DNA of 63,694 bases, counting the filler, from Octopus bimaculoides (lineage: Eukaryota): assembly GCF_001194135.2 (NCBI RefSeq). It is 5 parts of 5 records of this genome, joined end to end, with 100 filler letters (N's around TTAATTAATTAA, not from the genome) between each part and the next. Parts side by side here need not be neighbours in the genome. Positions count along the whole stretch, not along the records: positions 30,253 to 53,169 come from NC_068981.1; 4 more parts are not named here. The stretch is one strand, 5' to 3'. Below the pieces are notes generated by a model. The model saw nothing but the letters and a program-made list of their open reading frames with translations. It did no database searches and was not told where the DNA came from. The position numbers were made by a program, and so were the translations under genes. Positions 36,060 through 50,022 of the stretch are shown piece after piece; position 1 is the first letter of the stretch; each line of letters opens with the position of its first letter.

Positions 36060-37924
36060 TGTGTGCGTGTGCATGCGCGTGTGTGTATGAACATTTGGAC
36101 ATATATATATATATGCATATAAATAATCTCATAATATTTTGCGTTTTTCTTGTAATTCTATTACATTGAAATTTAAAGAAACCTATTATATATGAGAAAC
36201 TTTTTATAGATAAGAGACTTATGCACATAAGAAAGAGAATATTTTTATAACCATGAGCTCTTTACATTGATAAATAATTCAAAATTTTGATCAACTGTAT
36301 TGCTTTGATCTGTATTGTATTATAATAGCTATTTTCAGCATAAGTCACATATTCAGCTTTTATTCTACCTGATAAAATTCAGTTTTACAAATATATACAT
36401 GTAAGCTCTGGTTTAAAATTTAGCTTCTTGAAGAAACTATTATAGTAACTGATCTAGGTGGTAATAACAGAGGCAGGTTATGGGACTATGGAATCAGGAA
36501 AAATGCATACGTTTTTGCATATATCTTCTTTTTTTTTTTTTTTTTAGTGGGTTCATAATAATGTGATTTATTTCAGAAAATACATTGTCGGACATGTTTT
36601 AATGCCCTTACCTAAAAATGACACCCGAGCGAAATATCATCATAGTGAAATATTTCGAAAATATATCCGTAGTAGCGATGTTATTCAAAGAGAGTAAAAG
36701 GTAATTTCAAGACATTTAAGTAATCTTCTCTCTATGTAAGTATATACGGTTAGGGAGTGAAATTAACTTTGTGGTTCAACCGAAGGATAGCAGTGTATAC
36801 TTTTAACGTATTAAATTCATGATAATATATGCATTAATAGAAATTTTAATACACCAGCGGAAATAACTGACATGTACGAATGGTATCAGATTGGATAAAT
36901 ACCGTAACCAGTGATGTACACAATACGTAAAAATATTCTAGATAATTTTTATTCCCTTATTGCACAAGTAACATAAACAAAAGGCGATCGGCGATTATTA
37001 GCCAATTTCAAACACAATGTAAACAATTGGTAGAATAAAATTAATCTGTTTGATCTTTGTTTGTAGGCAGATGACATTTACACATATTTCAACAGTATAT
37101 AATACTATGCACAACTACATTTTATATGAATTTTAAATATAGCAGTCACAAAAAACAATTTTTCAGTTATGAGTTACATCAGATTTAAAGAATGTAATTC
37201 AACGGAAATAGTTCAAGTGAGGCAATAGCCAAAATATAAATAAATCAAGAAGTAATCTACTGAATGCTGTGCGTATAACATATTTGACTGAATTTTCAGA
37301 CTAATATTACTATAAAAAATGAAAACCTTGTGAGTTTTGCTAGCGTCACTCCAGTAAGAGCAGAAGTAAGAAATAAGTATGATATTTCTAAGTTATCCTT
37401 AAGCATATATATTGAATTTCAGGCATTATTGCTTTCTCGCTCTGCTTTTTATTTTTCCCACACGGTGTGAAACAACTAGATGCAGATGTTTAGGCACTAT
37501 CACTTTTGGATTGGATAATGTGGTAATGGACGATGTGCCGTTGGAAGTTAGCATATGCATACATTCAAACACAAACATATATAGCTAGAAGGAGATGGCG
37601 AAAGAATGAGTGAGATAGAGACAGCAATGCCATATTAAAATAAACGACAAAGAATAAATTCCTCAGTGTGAAGTCGTATTATTGTCAATAAAAGAAATAA
37701 TTTTCATAATGATTTAACTATTAGACAGATTTGGATTGCCTATAGTCAATCCTCTCCAGGATGAACCCCTCAGTATTTTTACAACAACCAGGGTTTGTTG
37801 TGGAGACTGTGAGCTTGAGATTGTACTCGTTTGATGGGCCTACTCAGTTGCGCTGGTTTGACATCGCTTGGCAGATGGGTGCAGCTTTTATATTATACTC
37901 TTACCCAGGAGAATTTAATTCGAG

Positions 37925-38075
37925 CCCTCTGCTCAACAAGTACTTTTTCTAACGACTCCGAAATGATCAAAGGCAAAATCAGCCTCGGTGGTGTTTGAAC
38001 AAAGAACGTAAGGAGAGACTAAATACAGCTAAGCACGACGCTCGGAGTGCTAACGCTTCTACTGGCTCGCTGACT
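37925..38075 (-). mobile_element. SINE family 2, old degenerate copy
   Basis: AAAGGCAAAATCAGCCTCGGTGG..GAAC..AGAACGTAA..GCTAACGCTTCTACTGGCTCGC. Confidence 0.65.
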
Positions 38076-39277
38076 TGATATATCAATAATGTTGTGTTTT
38101 ATTTACATTTGCTAATAAACACCTCTTTCTTCTTGTTGAGATCTCTGCATTCGTTTATTCAAACTATTAAAAATGGGTGTGTTATTGTGGTTGACAAAAA
38201 CATTTTATCGGCGCAAAAACAATTCATGTGAAAAAGGTTCTGCGCAGACTCAGGCGTGTCATCTCGCTAACGCCAAAATCGCCGATGCCATAACCTCTCT
38301 CTCACTATTAATTGCCAAGGTATTTAATTTGTATTTTTCCTGCAAAGTCTAAAATTGTTAATTTTGATTACAGCATTCACCTCTATCATCCACTAATTTA
38401 TTTATCGCATTTCCTGCTATTAAACCATTTCAGTTCTTTCTCTCGGGCAATTTTCTTTTGTAACCATTCTATTATTTCTTACGAAGTTTTTAGGAACATT
38501 ATATTTTAGTTAATCGCATTTTTTAGGATTTCGCCCAGAATCACCAGAGTAAGATTCATAAATATGTCATTCTTTATTCTCTTCGTTTCTTATTAAAATC
38601 TCTTTTCAAATATTACTTAGAATTCCTAGTGCAGCAAACAATCATTTTTTTGTCTAATTATAGAAATATGAAGAATGAAAGATATTCCAATAAATATGAA
38701 ACATGGATTTAGTTGAACCATAGAAATTTAGTACACAAATATATTTGATTATTATGGAGTTCTTTATTTAACATTGTATGGTGCATTATAAAGTATGAAA
38801 TGTGAAACATAATATATATATACGTTCTGTAAATCATAACACATTGTGAAATATGTGCCAAAAATCAATTCTATATTCGTATTTAAAACTCTGAAAATAT
38901 AATTATATTTTGGGAAACCGTGGTATACTTATAGTATCAAATTTCTCACCGTAGATATGATAGAATAATAATCAAATACGGGATAAATACCTCACATATA
39001 ACACCGGTCTCAGAAAGGGAGATTATTGGGTATACTATAGCCCTGATATACCCTCTTCAAAGGAACACGACTAGGAGGCTTAAAAATTTTGAAATTTCGA
39101 TCATAGATCCCTATAAGGAGAGATATAGATAAATTTACAACATTATTTTAGCTGTAGGCACTAACACACTTATAAACATACATATATTTATAGACAGAAA
39201 TAAGCATGCAAACGCATATAATCATATATATATTGATATTAATTTGTATGTGTGTGTATGTGTTTACGAGTAAGTGA

Positions 39278-39314
<37 letters not shown>

Positions 39315-39579
39315 GAGAATATACNNNNNNNNNNNNNNNNNNNNNNNNNNNNNNNNNNNNNNNNNNNNNNNNNNNNNNNNNNNNNNNNNNNNNNNNNNNN
39401 NNNNNNNNNNNNNNNNNNNNNNNNNNNNNNNNNNNNNNNNNNNNNNNNNNNNNNNNNNNNNNNNNNNNNNNNNNNNNNNNNNNNNNNNNNNNNNNNNNNN
39501 NNNNNNNNNNNNNNNNNNNNNNNNNNNNNNNNNNNNNNNNNNNNNNNNNNNNNNNNNNNNNNNNNNNNNNNNNNNNNNN

Positions 39580-39648
<69 letters not shown>

Positions 39649-39956
39649 TATGTCAAATATTCATCAATTTAATTGGTACGCGCAGGAATTTTGACCGTTT
39701 CATCTATTCATGCTCAAGCACATCATATGCTCAGTTTCAAGCGTATAAAAAGACGTACATATGAAAAACAATTAATGCGAATGAAGTGTATTTTAATCGT
39801 TGATAAAGTAATACTTATTTTGTTTTAATTGTCCGTATTTTAATGTAAAACATTTCCACTACGTCGATCACGAATTATCTTGACCTGATTCTATGAGGAA
39901 ATTATTCAATGAATTGCTTTAGATAGATTCGTCTGTTAGTACTAGCTCTAGAAATA

Positions 39957-39984
39957 TAATGATGATGATAATAATAAAAATTAA

Positions 39985-40058
<74 letters not shown>
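39957..40058. repeat. (AAT)n microsatellite
   Basis: Read directly. Confidence 0.97.
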
Positions 40059-41022
40059 TAGCAAAGACAAGAGCACATGAAAAATTAGCTAGCAGATGGG
40101 AAGAGAAACCTCTGCATGGCAAGTATGTGGCTCGTAGCAAACACGCTGATGTCGACCAGAAACGCACGCATCAATGGTTACGAAGCTCAGGGATAAAAGC
40201 AGAGAGTGAAGGTTTCATATTGGCTGCTCAAGACCAAAGCTTATTAACGCGGAACTACCAAGCCAATGTTATAAAAATGGAGCTGACCCAAAATGCCGTT
40301 TCTGTAACGGTGCGATTGAAACTATAGACCAATTAATCTCAGGGTGTAGAGTCTTAGCACCTGTAGAATGTAAAGCAAGACATGACAGAGTTGGCCAGTA
40401 TTTACCCTGAACAATATGTCAGCATTATAAAATCAAAACCGCTGACAAATGGTATAAGCACCATCCTTGAGATGTGACTAAGGAAGAAAATGTATCGATT
40501 CTCTGGGTCTTCCCCGTACATACCGACAAGGCTATAAAAGCTATTAAACCGGATATTATTATAAAAGATCAGACAAAGAAGACGCGTTTATTAATTGACA
40601 TGAGTATTCCCTGTGATCATAATATAGCGGCGAAAGAATTTGACAAGATCAGTAACTATAAAGACTTGCTAATAGAAATTGAAAAAATATGGCACCTCAA
40701 GGCGACTACCGTACCAGTGATTGTAGGATCTCTAGGAATGATAAAAAAAAAAAGGTACTGAAACCTATTTGAAAATGATACCATCGCTACAGGAAGTGTA
40801 AAAAAACCGTGTTAACTGGAACGACTCATATACTGAGAAGAGCATTATCGCTGTGAAAACAACATCCATTCATGAATTAAAAAAAAAAAAATCAAATACA
40901 TATTTTTATCTGTGAATTTGTGTGTGTAAACTGGGAATGCTTTCAGCGTGTTTCTCTGCCCTAGGTGTACGGAAAACACTCGGAGAGAAATGGAATATTT
41001 AAATAAAGAAGAATAAAAAAAC
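40059..41022 (+). mobile_element. R4/Dong-like LINE, 3' part (CCHC knuckle + REL endonuclease + 3' UTR)
   Basis: WEEKPLHGKY..SEGFILAAQDQSLLTRNY..CRFC..ETIDQLISGC..RHDRV..KPDIII..LLIDMSIPCD..TVPVIVGSLG..GTTHILRRAL; flanked by (AAT)n on both sides. Confidence 0.93.
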
Positions 41023-41038
41023 ATAATAATAATAATAT

Positions 41039-41142
41039 AGAATTGAGGTTACTCTTCTAGAAGATATAGAAGCAAAAAAAAAAGAAGAGTACCATTGTCA
41101 TCAAGTAACCGATATTATCTTCTGGAGGAGTTACCTCAATCC

Positions 41143-41143
<1 letters not shown>
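41039..41143. mobile_element. 105-bp MITE-like element inside (AAT)n
   Basis: 28-bp imperfect TIRs (24/28): 41039-41066 vs 41116-41143. Confidence 0.65.
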
Positions 41144-41199
<56 letters not shown>

Positions 41200-41229
41200 T
41201 AATTGTAAGAATAATTGTAATGCTCCGCT

Positions 41230-41430
41230 ATAGAAATGTAGAGATACTTATCTTGCTCAGAGGACTGGATGCTGCGACATGTGTGCGACCATGAAAGCAG
41301 CAAATCTCTCTCTGTTGTCAAAGAAGCTTATAAATTCGAATGGAAAGTTGGCATCAACCATGAGTTAGTTGAGTCTGGAAACACTGCTACCAAACAAGCA
41401 AAAAGAATCAACCAGAGGGCAACAAAGAAC
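41230..41430 (+). mobile_element. Probable R4/Dong-like fragment (post-RT region)
   Basis: RYLSCSEDWMLRHVCDHESSKSLSVVKEAYKF resembles the region upstream of KPLHG in this clade. Confidence 0.45.
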
Positions 41431-42795
41431 GGAAGATACCTCTTTTGATTTTCATCCCTCATAATACTTGATTCCCTGCTATCAATTCCATTCCGCAGCA
41501 CTTCATGTTTTTCCATATAAAACTTCTATTTTCTGCTACCCCATACATTTCCATTGTGTTTTTATCAAGGAGTGTGGTATCATATCAGCCCATGCCATGT
41601 TCAGGTTTGTGTCCTCTATTGCAGTTCCTGATAATTAGATTATCAGTTAAGAGCTAATCCTTCGTTCCACGGCTCCTCTTTCGGCACTTTTCTATTTAAT
41701 AGTTAGCAGCCCACTCTTTTCCAGGTATCTATACAGTTCAACAAAGTGCCTGGCGGGAGTTTCCACATTAGCGAAAGGCACGTTATTTTACATTTTCACT
41801 TTGCTCTACATCTTCACTGCTGCCATTCATCTCTCTATTCTCACAGGGCAATATATCTGTTGGTGAAGTATTATTTCAATTTTCTACTTCCCTTTTTATC
41901 TCTTCAATTTCCATGTCTATTTACCACCCTTTTGCTCTTATTATTCTTGTCTGGTCGGCTAACCGTTGCTCACTTATTTTGAAGAGTCCTATTTCATTTT
42001 ATTTTGCTTTCATGCGTTGTCAGAATCCCCGTCTACAGTGTTCACTCTTGATCCAACATTCAATTACCGTTTGGTTTGTCTCCTTATCTCACCTTCTTCA
42101 CTGTCTCTGGCTTTGTGTACAAAAAGTCTCTGGATGGCGACCGGGTCTACGCTGGTCAACCACAGGGCACCTGCCGGGCGAAAGGCACTCATCTTCTGTT
42201 CCGGCCTTATTAGTACTGTTATCTTATACATTTGTATTAGAAATTTTCACTCAACAATAAGGTTTGAGTTTTAAAGTTAGCCACCAACCGTGATTTTTAT
42301 CGAGCCATCTTCTCTAATACGATTTTCAACCAAGATTGCAGTGCTCTTACTACACAAAAGTTGGGCCTGTTCACTTCACATTTCTGTGTTTTGGGGTCCA
42401 TGATCTTAATTCTCACTAGGAGATAGGTAAGCGTCAGTTAGCCCCGTATCTTCATCCAAATATTGTTCCGGAATTGTCCCGAGTGGCGGTTTATTCGTCT
42501 TCATCCCAGACATGGTGTCGCTGGACATTGATAGTTTTCACCATTGTAACATACGAAGTCCTATCAAGCTAGTTTTAAATCAAAGTGTTCATTCTCCTAG
42601 ATAAATATCAACCAAGGCTCACAAATTATGTCTGCCAGTTTTCGGAATGGCCATTGATTCTTCTGAGCTCCTGTAACCATTACCGCTTTTTACTTTTAAT
42701 TACATAAGGGGTCGAAAATCCGCCCTCCCATGAAGAAGCTTAGTGGGGTTGCCGTTTTAGTTGCCGACGACTCGACAGTTTTACAACACCACTTG
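41430..42795 (-). mobile_element. R4/Dong-like LINE, 5' part: putative 5' UTR, N-terminal domain, internal deletion, RT start
   Basis: VIECWIKSEHCRRGF*QRM..ISEQRLADQTRII (41870-42090) and KCRKRSRGTKD*LLTD..NLNMAW..DMIPHS (41480-41750). Confidence 0.85.
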
Positions 42796-42805
42796 TTAAT
42801 CATTC

Positions 42806-42806
<1 letters not shown>

Positions 42807-42843
<37 letters not shown>

Positions 42844-42862
42844 ATTATTATTATTATTATCA
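42807..42862. repeat. (GTT)n(ATT)n microsatellite
   Basis: Read directly. Confidence 0.97.
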
Positions 42863-42879
42863 TCACTGTCATTTTTACT

Positions 42880-43525
42880 TTTAACCTGCATGTGTGTTAC
42901 AGTTACTTGCCGAGACACACCTATCCTCTTGAACGATAAGAGATGCATGACTGAAAAATTGGGGAGTGGAGGTAGTGAAATATCTTCATGTAATACAACA
43001 TAGACATTTAATTGGACAGGGTTTTATAAGGATTTGGGCAGTGACAATCTTTTGGATTTGTCTCAGAAATGGTTCTCCCGGGAACTTATCGAGATGTTTC
43101 TGACATCCGTTTTTTATCATACCTACGGCACCTAAAATAACAGGAATAATTCTCGTGTTAATATGCTTCATCTTTTGTATTTAAATTTCCAGGACCTTAT
43201 ATTTATTTAGTTTGTCAAATTTATTGACAGATATATTTTTTATTAGTGGGAACACTTACATCTATTAGTGTACAAGTTTTTTCTTCCCTTCTTTAATAAG
43301 TATATCTGGTCAATTAGCCTGGATCGTTTTCTCAGTGTTGACTGGACAATTCCAGAGGATAGTGAAATTTTTACTTTCAACGACTGGCTCAGGATTATGT
43401 TAATACCAGTATGCAGGAGTGCTGATTTTGTACTATTTACATATTTTTCAATGTTTGATCATTCCAAGTGTTCCTACAATAACTGGTATTGTAACCATCT
43501 TGAAATGCCATATCTTATCGGTTTT
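42880..43525 (-). mobile_element. R4/Dong-like LINE, 3' fragment(s) (REL domain)
   Basis: HNPEPVVESKNFTILW..PDILIK..LIDVSVP..IIPVILGAVGMIK..LRQIQKIV; preceded by a separate piece KIWHFKMVTIPVIVGTLGMIK (43455-43525). Confidence 0.88.
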
Positions 43526-43526
43526 A

Positions 43527-43534
43527 TAATTATA

Positions 43535-43591
<57 letters not shown>

Positions 43592-43666
43592 AATATTATT
43601 AATATTATTATTATTATCATTATTACTATTATTATTATTGTTAATTTAGTCGTTGTTGTTGTTGCT

Positions 43667-43755
<89 letters not shown>

Positions 43756-43840
43756 TTTAGTAGTAGTAGTAGTAGTAGTAATAGTAGTAGTAGTTTTAGT
43801 AGTAGTAGTAGTAGTTGTTGTTATCATTATTATTATATAC
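43527..43840. repeat. Compound (ATT)n(GTT)n(GTA)n microsatellite
   Basis: Read directly. Confidence 0.97.
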
Positions 43841-44882
43841 TGTTATTGAGCATGTTTTCTGAAAGAATGTTTATGTGTATGCCAAATGGAATTCGAACAA
43901 ATGCAATAACAATCATAAAGCGGTTATACGCACTCCGTCGTTAACCAAATTAATGATACAAAATAAACAGTGGTGCTAATATAGTGAAGTTTAACGCTCC
44001 ATCTTAGTGGAACAATATAAAAACATGAAGCTGGCAAGGACACAAAATCTCAATTTTATTTATATAACAGTTGTAAGATTCCACATGGTTGCATCTAAGC
44101 TGTTTCGTCCCAAAAAAGTGATAAGGATACAACGTACGCCTCAAATAGAATCTATCAAATAGGCAAAAAGAAAACAAAACACAGACAAGTTTATCCTTAT
44201 AAAATTATTATCATATCTATCATTCCTTCAACAAATCATTATATTCCATCATGCATTTCACAAATAGATATTAAAAATGTGATAATTCTCCAGTGAATTT
44301 AAAGTACTTGCATTTCACACTGGTTTTTGCAAATGACTCTGCTTAAAAATGTGTCATGTTCCGATCCAAATTTGTTTTTATCTAATTGACTTAATCATAA
44401 TTACAATGTTCGATATGTCTTCAATCAATATGAAGGGCAACACTTCGATTAGTATTTTGCAACAATAGATATGACATTTGTTCGCAGCTGTCCGATTATG
44501 GTTGTAAGACGACTTTTTCTTTATAATTTCGATTGATTATTGATCTGTATTTTGCTTTGTTTCAATGCCTCTTGCTTGCTGGAAGCTAATTATCTTGTGT
44601 TTCAGTTCAGTTCCTGCAGGAAGAGAGTAAAGCTAATCTGAAGAAGGTGTCCACTATATACTGAGGATAAAACAAACAAAAAAATCCGCCAGCAGACAGG
44701 GCCCGGTACACGTATGCCAACACACACACATGCACACACATGCGCACATACAGGCAGACAGACGCGCGCGCGCACACACACGCATACGCACATAAAGATA
44801 TATGTATGTATATATATGTTTTGTTGGCACTCCAAATACTGTCTCCTATTCCTACAGAGATGTGAACCCTGTGGTTTGAAAC

Positions 44883-44974
44883 CTTTGCTGAATATATATA
44901 TGTATATACGCTCTATATATCTTTGCTGAAGACATATATATCCTCTATATTTGCTGAAGATATATATATCCTCT
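44883..44974. repeat. Three degenerate ~30-bp units starting TTTGCTGAA
   Basis: Read directly. Confidence 0.7.
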
Positions 44975-46162
44975 TCTCATGTCTAAATATTTATGTGTCA
45001 TGAAGAACGATATAATTTTCATTACATTTCAAAATTTTAATTATCTGTTACACCATCTAAAGTTAGAAGACTTTTAATGTTTCAGGTTTTTATTGTTTTT
45101 AACAGAGCTATTTTAAATACTTAGATATTATATTTTATATTGCACACATTTTTTATGATATAATTATAAATCTTCATCATTTACACATATGTGTGCGTGT
45201 AAATACGTGCACACAAACACAAATACAAGTTCATTTAATATTTAAATTCTTGTTTATCATCTGTGGCTAATGTTGTTATATAGGTAATGAATTGAAAGTC
45301 GTTATATGAAGATAAATGCTAATTGCTATAATTCACTGTTTTCAATTATTCCTTCTACTTTCATGCGCTTTAAGCATTTTACGCTGGATACCAAAATTTA
45401 TATTGCGTTTATTATTCTAACTCAATATCCCATAAGATGCGAATCGACTTGCATAACGGTATTATCATGCCACCATATCATTTTATACAATGTATATGCA
45501 GGAACACATGATACATAAAGTCACCGTTTTTTACTCGTCGCTCGAATCCACTCAACGCCTGAGGGAAATTAGCTGTTTGTAGGATCTAAATATACAGAAG
45601 AAATTTCTAGTCTCTGATATCGCTCTCATCTGGCCCTAACAACAGCAGTTACTAAGTCCTTGAAAAATGTTTACCAAGGACATCATTTAACATAAAAATA
45701 CGTTTTATCAGAACTTAAAATTTGCCGTCTTTAAAATTTATATAATTTAAAATATCGATTTCTATTGAATAGACACAGACCCAATTACATGACAGCCGTT
45801 TACCTTGGAGATGTTTTGATATTATTAATCAATATACCAACACAAATAAACATCCGGTGTTAAAAATAAGATATATATTTGTAAGAAGGAAAGAACAAAC
45901 GTAAAAAGAGTATAACGAGTTCATTCAATCGACATTTGAATTGCATCGATTTAAAAAAAATGCTTCGGGTCAAAAGAAACATTTACGCTTCATTAAATAT
46001 GCTTGTTACCACCTGTTAATTAAAGACAAATTCAGTCTGGATATATTTTTAATCACAAAGCTAAAATGACAGAAACATATATGAACACCAGACTGAGACA
46101 GATGTAAAATTTTCTATATATTTAGACCTAAACTCATTTGTCCAACGAAATTCACTATATTT

Positions 46163-46165
<3 letters not shown>

Positions 46166-46237
<72 letters not shown>

Positions 46238-46240
46238 TAT
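46166..46240. repeat. (TA)n microsatellite
   Basis: Read directly. Confidence 0.98.
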
Positions 46241-49200
46241 ATGGTTCCAAGCATACGATCTTAGATCAAATCAGTTGGTATGCAAGTACATCTCCGTAAA
46301 TAGAAAGATTATCTCTATGAAATGTTTTATTGTTTTCATAGAAATGAAAATAAAATTTTGTATTGACACTGACCATCCCTCACATACATATGTTTAATAG
46401 CCTACCTAACGCGGAAAGATACAACACAGTGAGATATATACGCACTCATATGCTCACATACATACATTCACAGACATACATACAGTCATATATAAAATGG
46501 TGGTTAGAATTAAAAGTAAAAGTATAAAAGTCAAACAATATGTCACATTACAATATAGATATTATTCTTTCAGTGTTGACACGTAATACGGAAATGTTGC
46601 ATTGTTTTAATCCAAAAAATTACATGTTAACACTCACTGAGTGATAATATTACCATGTAAAATTTGATTTGATTTGGTTGCGCTGTTTGAGAATGCATTT
46701 GGAACAGATAGAAATCCTTGAATGCAATTCATAAAAATGCTAATGCATCACTAAAATCACATTCCTAAAATCCCATGTCTCTTAAGATCACAGTCCGTAT
46801 TGCTGAGATGATTACAGTGTAGTCAGTAGTAGCCTTAGGTACCGGGTAAATCATCTACATGGATACATTTCTTCAGGTGATATTACACGAATGGATGTCT
46901 AACTGAAGGTTGTTTTTTACTTTTGACCAGTGGGAAAGTTGATTGTGGTATGTGGGTATTTTTGTGTATATTTGCTGTGGATGGAGAAAGTGATAGAAAC
47001 AGCGGAAGGAATAGTTGTTATATGGAGATGGAGGTGTGTATGGTGACGTTTGACTTATTCTGCTATTCAGTCTACAAATGAGAAAAATGGATAGTGCACT
47101 CTGATGTTCGATAAGATTTAAGGTATGACTATCTTCAATTATATATATAATAGTTGCGTTCTCGTACTGAAACTAGAAATATTATAATGTATGTTTTCTA
47201 TACTTACTCCAGCCTTAAAACGAAAACTTTTCGAAAAAGAATTGCTATTTTGTACGATATAATTATATTTATAATTTCTGTGTGACATGAAATTTGTATT
47301 TAATATTCTTCAGCTACTTCAAATATTAAAACTTTTGTTGATTTCATATGCATATACTTGACGTTCACTGATTGATTCTCTCTTTTGATATAAAAATATT
47401 TTATCACTAAAGATTTTTAAAAAATCATTCATTGTTACAATATTATTGTATAATTTCTTAGTAATCATTTTAGGTTAAACAAGATCATTTACAAATTAAT
47501 CAAGTTCCAATCGAATTCTTAAATGCATTCAGCTTATATTGATGTTTAGTGGAAAGCCAAAGAAAGAATTGTGTTTTCTGTATGTCTCTGACGAGATTTA
47601 TGCGATGCGATAAGCACTATCGGTCTGTCAGACAATTATACTTTTATCTCTTTGCTTTTCAAGTCGTAATACATACATACATACATACATACATGCATAC
47701 ATACATACATACATACACATATACATATATACATACATACATATATATAGATACATATATTTATACATATATATATATATATGTATATACATATATATAT
47801 GTATATANNNNNNNNNNNNNNNNNNNNNNNNNNNNNNNNNNNNNNNNNNNNNNNNNNNNNNNNNNNNNNNNNNNNNNNNNNNNNNNNNNNNNNNNNNNNN
47901 NNNNNNNNNNNNNNNNNNNNNNNNNNNNNNNNNNNNNNNNNNNNNNNNNNNNNNNNNNNNNNNNNNNNNNNNNNNNNNNNNNNNNNNNNNNNNNNNNNNN
48001 NNNNNNNNNNNNNNNNNNNNNNNNNNNNNNNNNNNNNNNNNNNNNNNNNNNNNNNNNNNNNNNNNNNNNNNNNNNNNNNNNAGAGAGAGAGAGAGTGATA
48101 GAGAGAGAGAGAAATGTTACAAGTTGAGAAAGAATGAGAAAAAATATGAGATTGAAATTCGCACGTGTGTTTATATGTGTTCATGCGCAGTGGCTATACA
48201 AATGTCTTTTTTTTTTTGCGATTGTACAGAAAATTTATTCAATGAATTCATAGCTGATGAAAAATATTTTGTCTGTTTATAGTCTCCCTGTTTCTAACTG
48301 AAAACAACATTGTCATTTGACATTTCATCTTGCATTTGAATGAATGTCTAAGAAACCACGAACTAGTCCACGTGAGAGTTGAAAAAGTTAAGCCAGAAAC
48401 CATAATCTAAATAAATAATCTTTCATATATTCGAGAGGTTTATTAATATTTCAATACAATACAATTTCTTCATCGAGTTATTGTGATTATAAACAACATT
48501 CAATGTAGTTATTAGTTATGTTTTTTGTATAACCCTTGCATATTTTTTCTTCGTTACTTTGATACCTTTATCTTATATCAGTCTAAAAATAGTAGTTATG
48601 GTACAAAGACTGCTGTGGAGAAAAAGTTTCACGTTTTGTTTTATCATTTTCTACGTGTTACATCACATTATAATATATCGGAAAAAGGTCAATTCTGATG
48701 TACATAGTATATAAAAGAAAATAAAGAAAATTTAATATTGTCCATATGGTTAATTTTCCTGGAAAATTTAAGCAAGTTTGTCTAATCTAAAATCAGAAAT
48801 GCCATGTAAAGTAGAAAGGTCACAAATAGTTTATTTCGTTTAGTACGAAATAACTTTTGTTGAAATGCTAAGTAGCTTTAACGTAATAGATAATAGGAGA
48901 ACAGCTTTTACTATAAGTCTCTAACCAACACCCAATTTTTCAGCGTTAATATGATTTTGACACCGCTTCTGCTTATGTGGTAACGGACATTGTATAGTTA
49001 AAATCGCCACAGCCGCTACATATGCTATGTCTCACAAAACTTGAAGATACTTAGCATTGATAAACGGTATTGCAGAATCTCTATGATCTGTTAAGGATAG
49101 CAGGAAGTTAACTATGAAGTAGTAGTAAGATTTACATACGGTAGGTGTAGTGCTCCTCTAACTAAAGTTTTTCTGGTCGTCTAGGAAATATTGTTGGCAA

Positions 49201-49807
49201 CGAGAATCAGTGGGTGACTTACAGTTATCCAGTTTCAAAACACTGCTGGTACGCCGGTAACTATTGTTGTATACTACCGTACTGCAATATGACATCTCAT
49301 CAAAGTCATATCCGGATGCATCTGTCCTCCTACCGTACTAAGTATTGCGCCCCATATCTTAGAATTTGCATTTGATATTTCCTTCCATATATCGTGTCTT
49401 CATAAATACATATCTCTTAATATTGGCTACGATCTAATTATTTATCAACGTGTTAAACAAATTCCACTCACTAGTCACTCACAAACAGCACATATCTTAG
49501 CGTTTATGAGGAAATCAATTCAATAAACTACATTCTGAATGAAATCTACTTACATAAATATGTAAAACACCGAAGCGAATTATATCATCTCCCACAATAT
49601 TCTGAGTAGCACCCCACCTCACACACACACATGCATACACTCATGAAAAATCTCTGAACCAAATATTTTCTCTCCATAGGAATAAAAATAAAATATTTTC
49701 ACCCCCGCTAAATGCATATCTTTACGTGATTCCTCATGCAAAAATCCATACAGGCGCACACAGACGCATATAAACACACACACACACACAGACACACACA
49801 CAGAGAC

Positions 49808-49841
<34 letters not shown>

Positions 49842-49842
49842 C

Positions 49843-49875
<33 letters not shown>

Positions 49876-50022
49876 TGTGGAATGTATTATATAAAATTCG
49901 TGGGTAACGTCGGAACAATACAAAATAAAGCCACCGTATATCACAAGAAAACCGGCATATGAATTAAAGGTAACTTAACCTGCAATCAGTATTTCAGTGA
50001 TATGATCACTTCAGTAAATGTT

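Noticed and set aside
47584-47633. GTCT-CTGACGA...GTC-AGAC HHR-like frame
   Set aside because: Stem I and the first core half are present, but GAAA and stem III are missing; cannot be distinguished from chance
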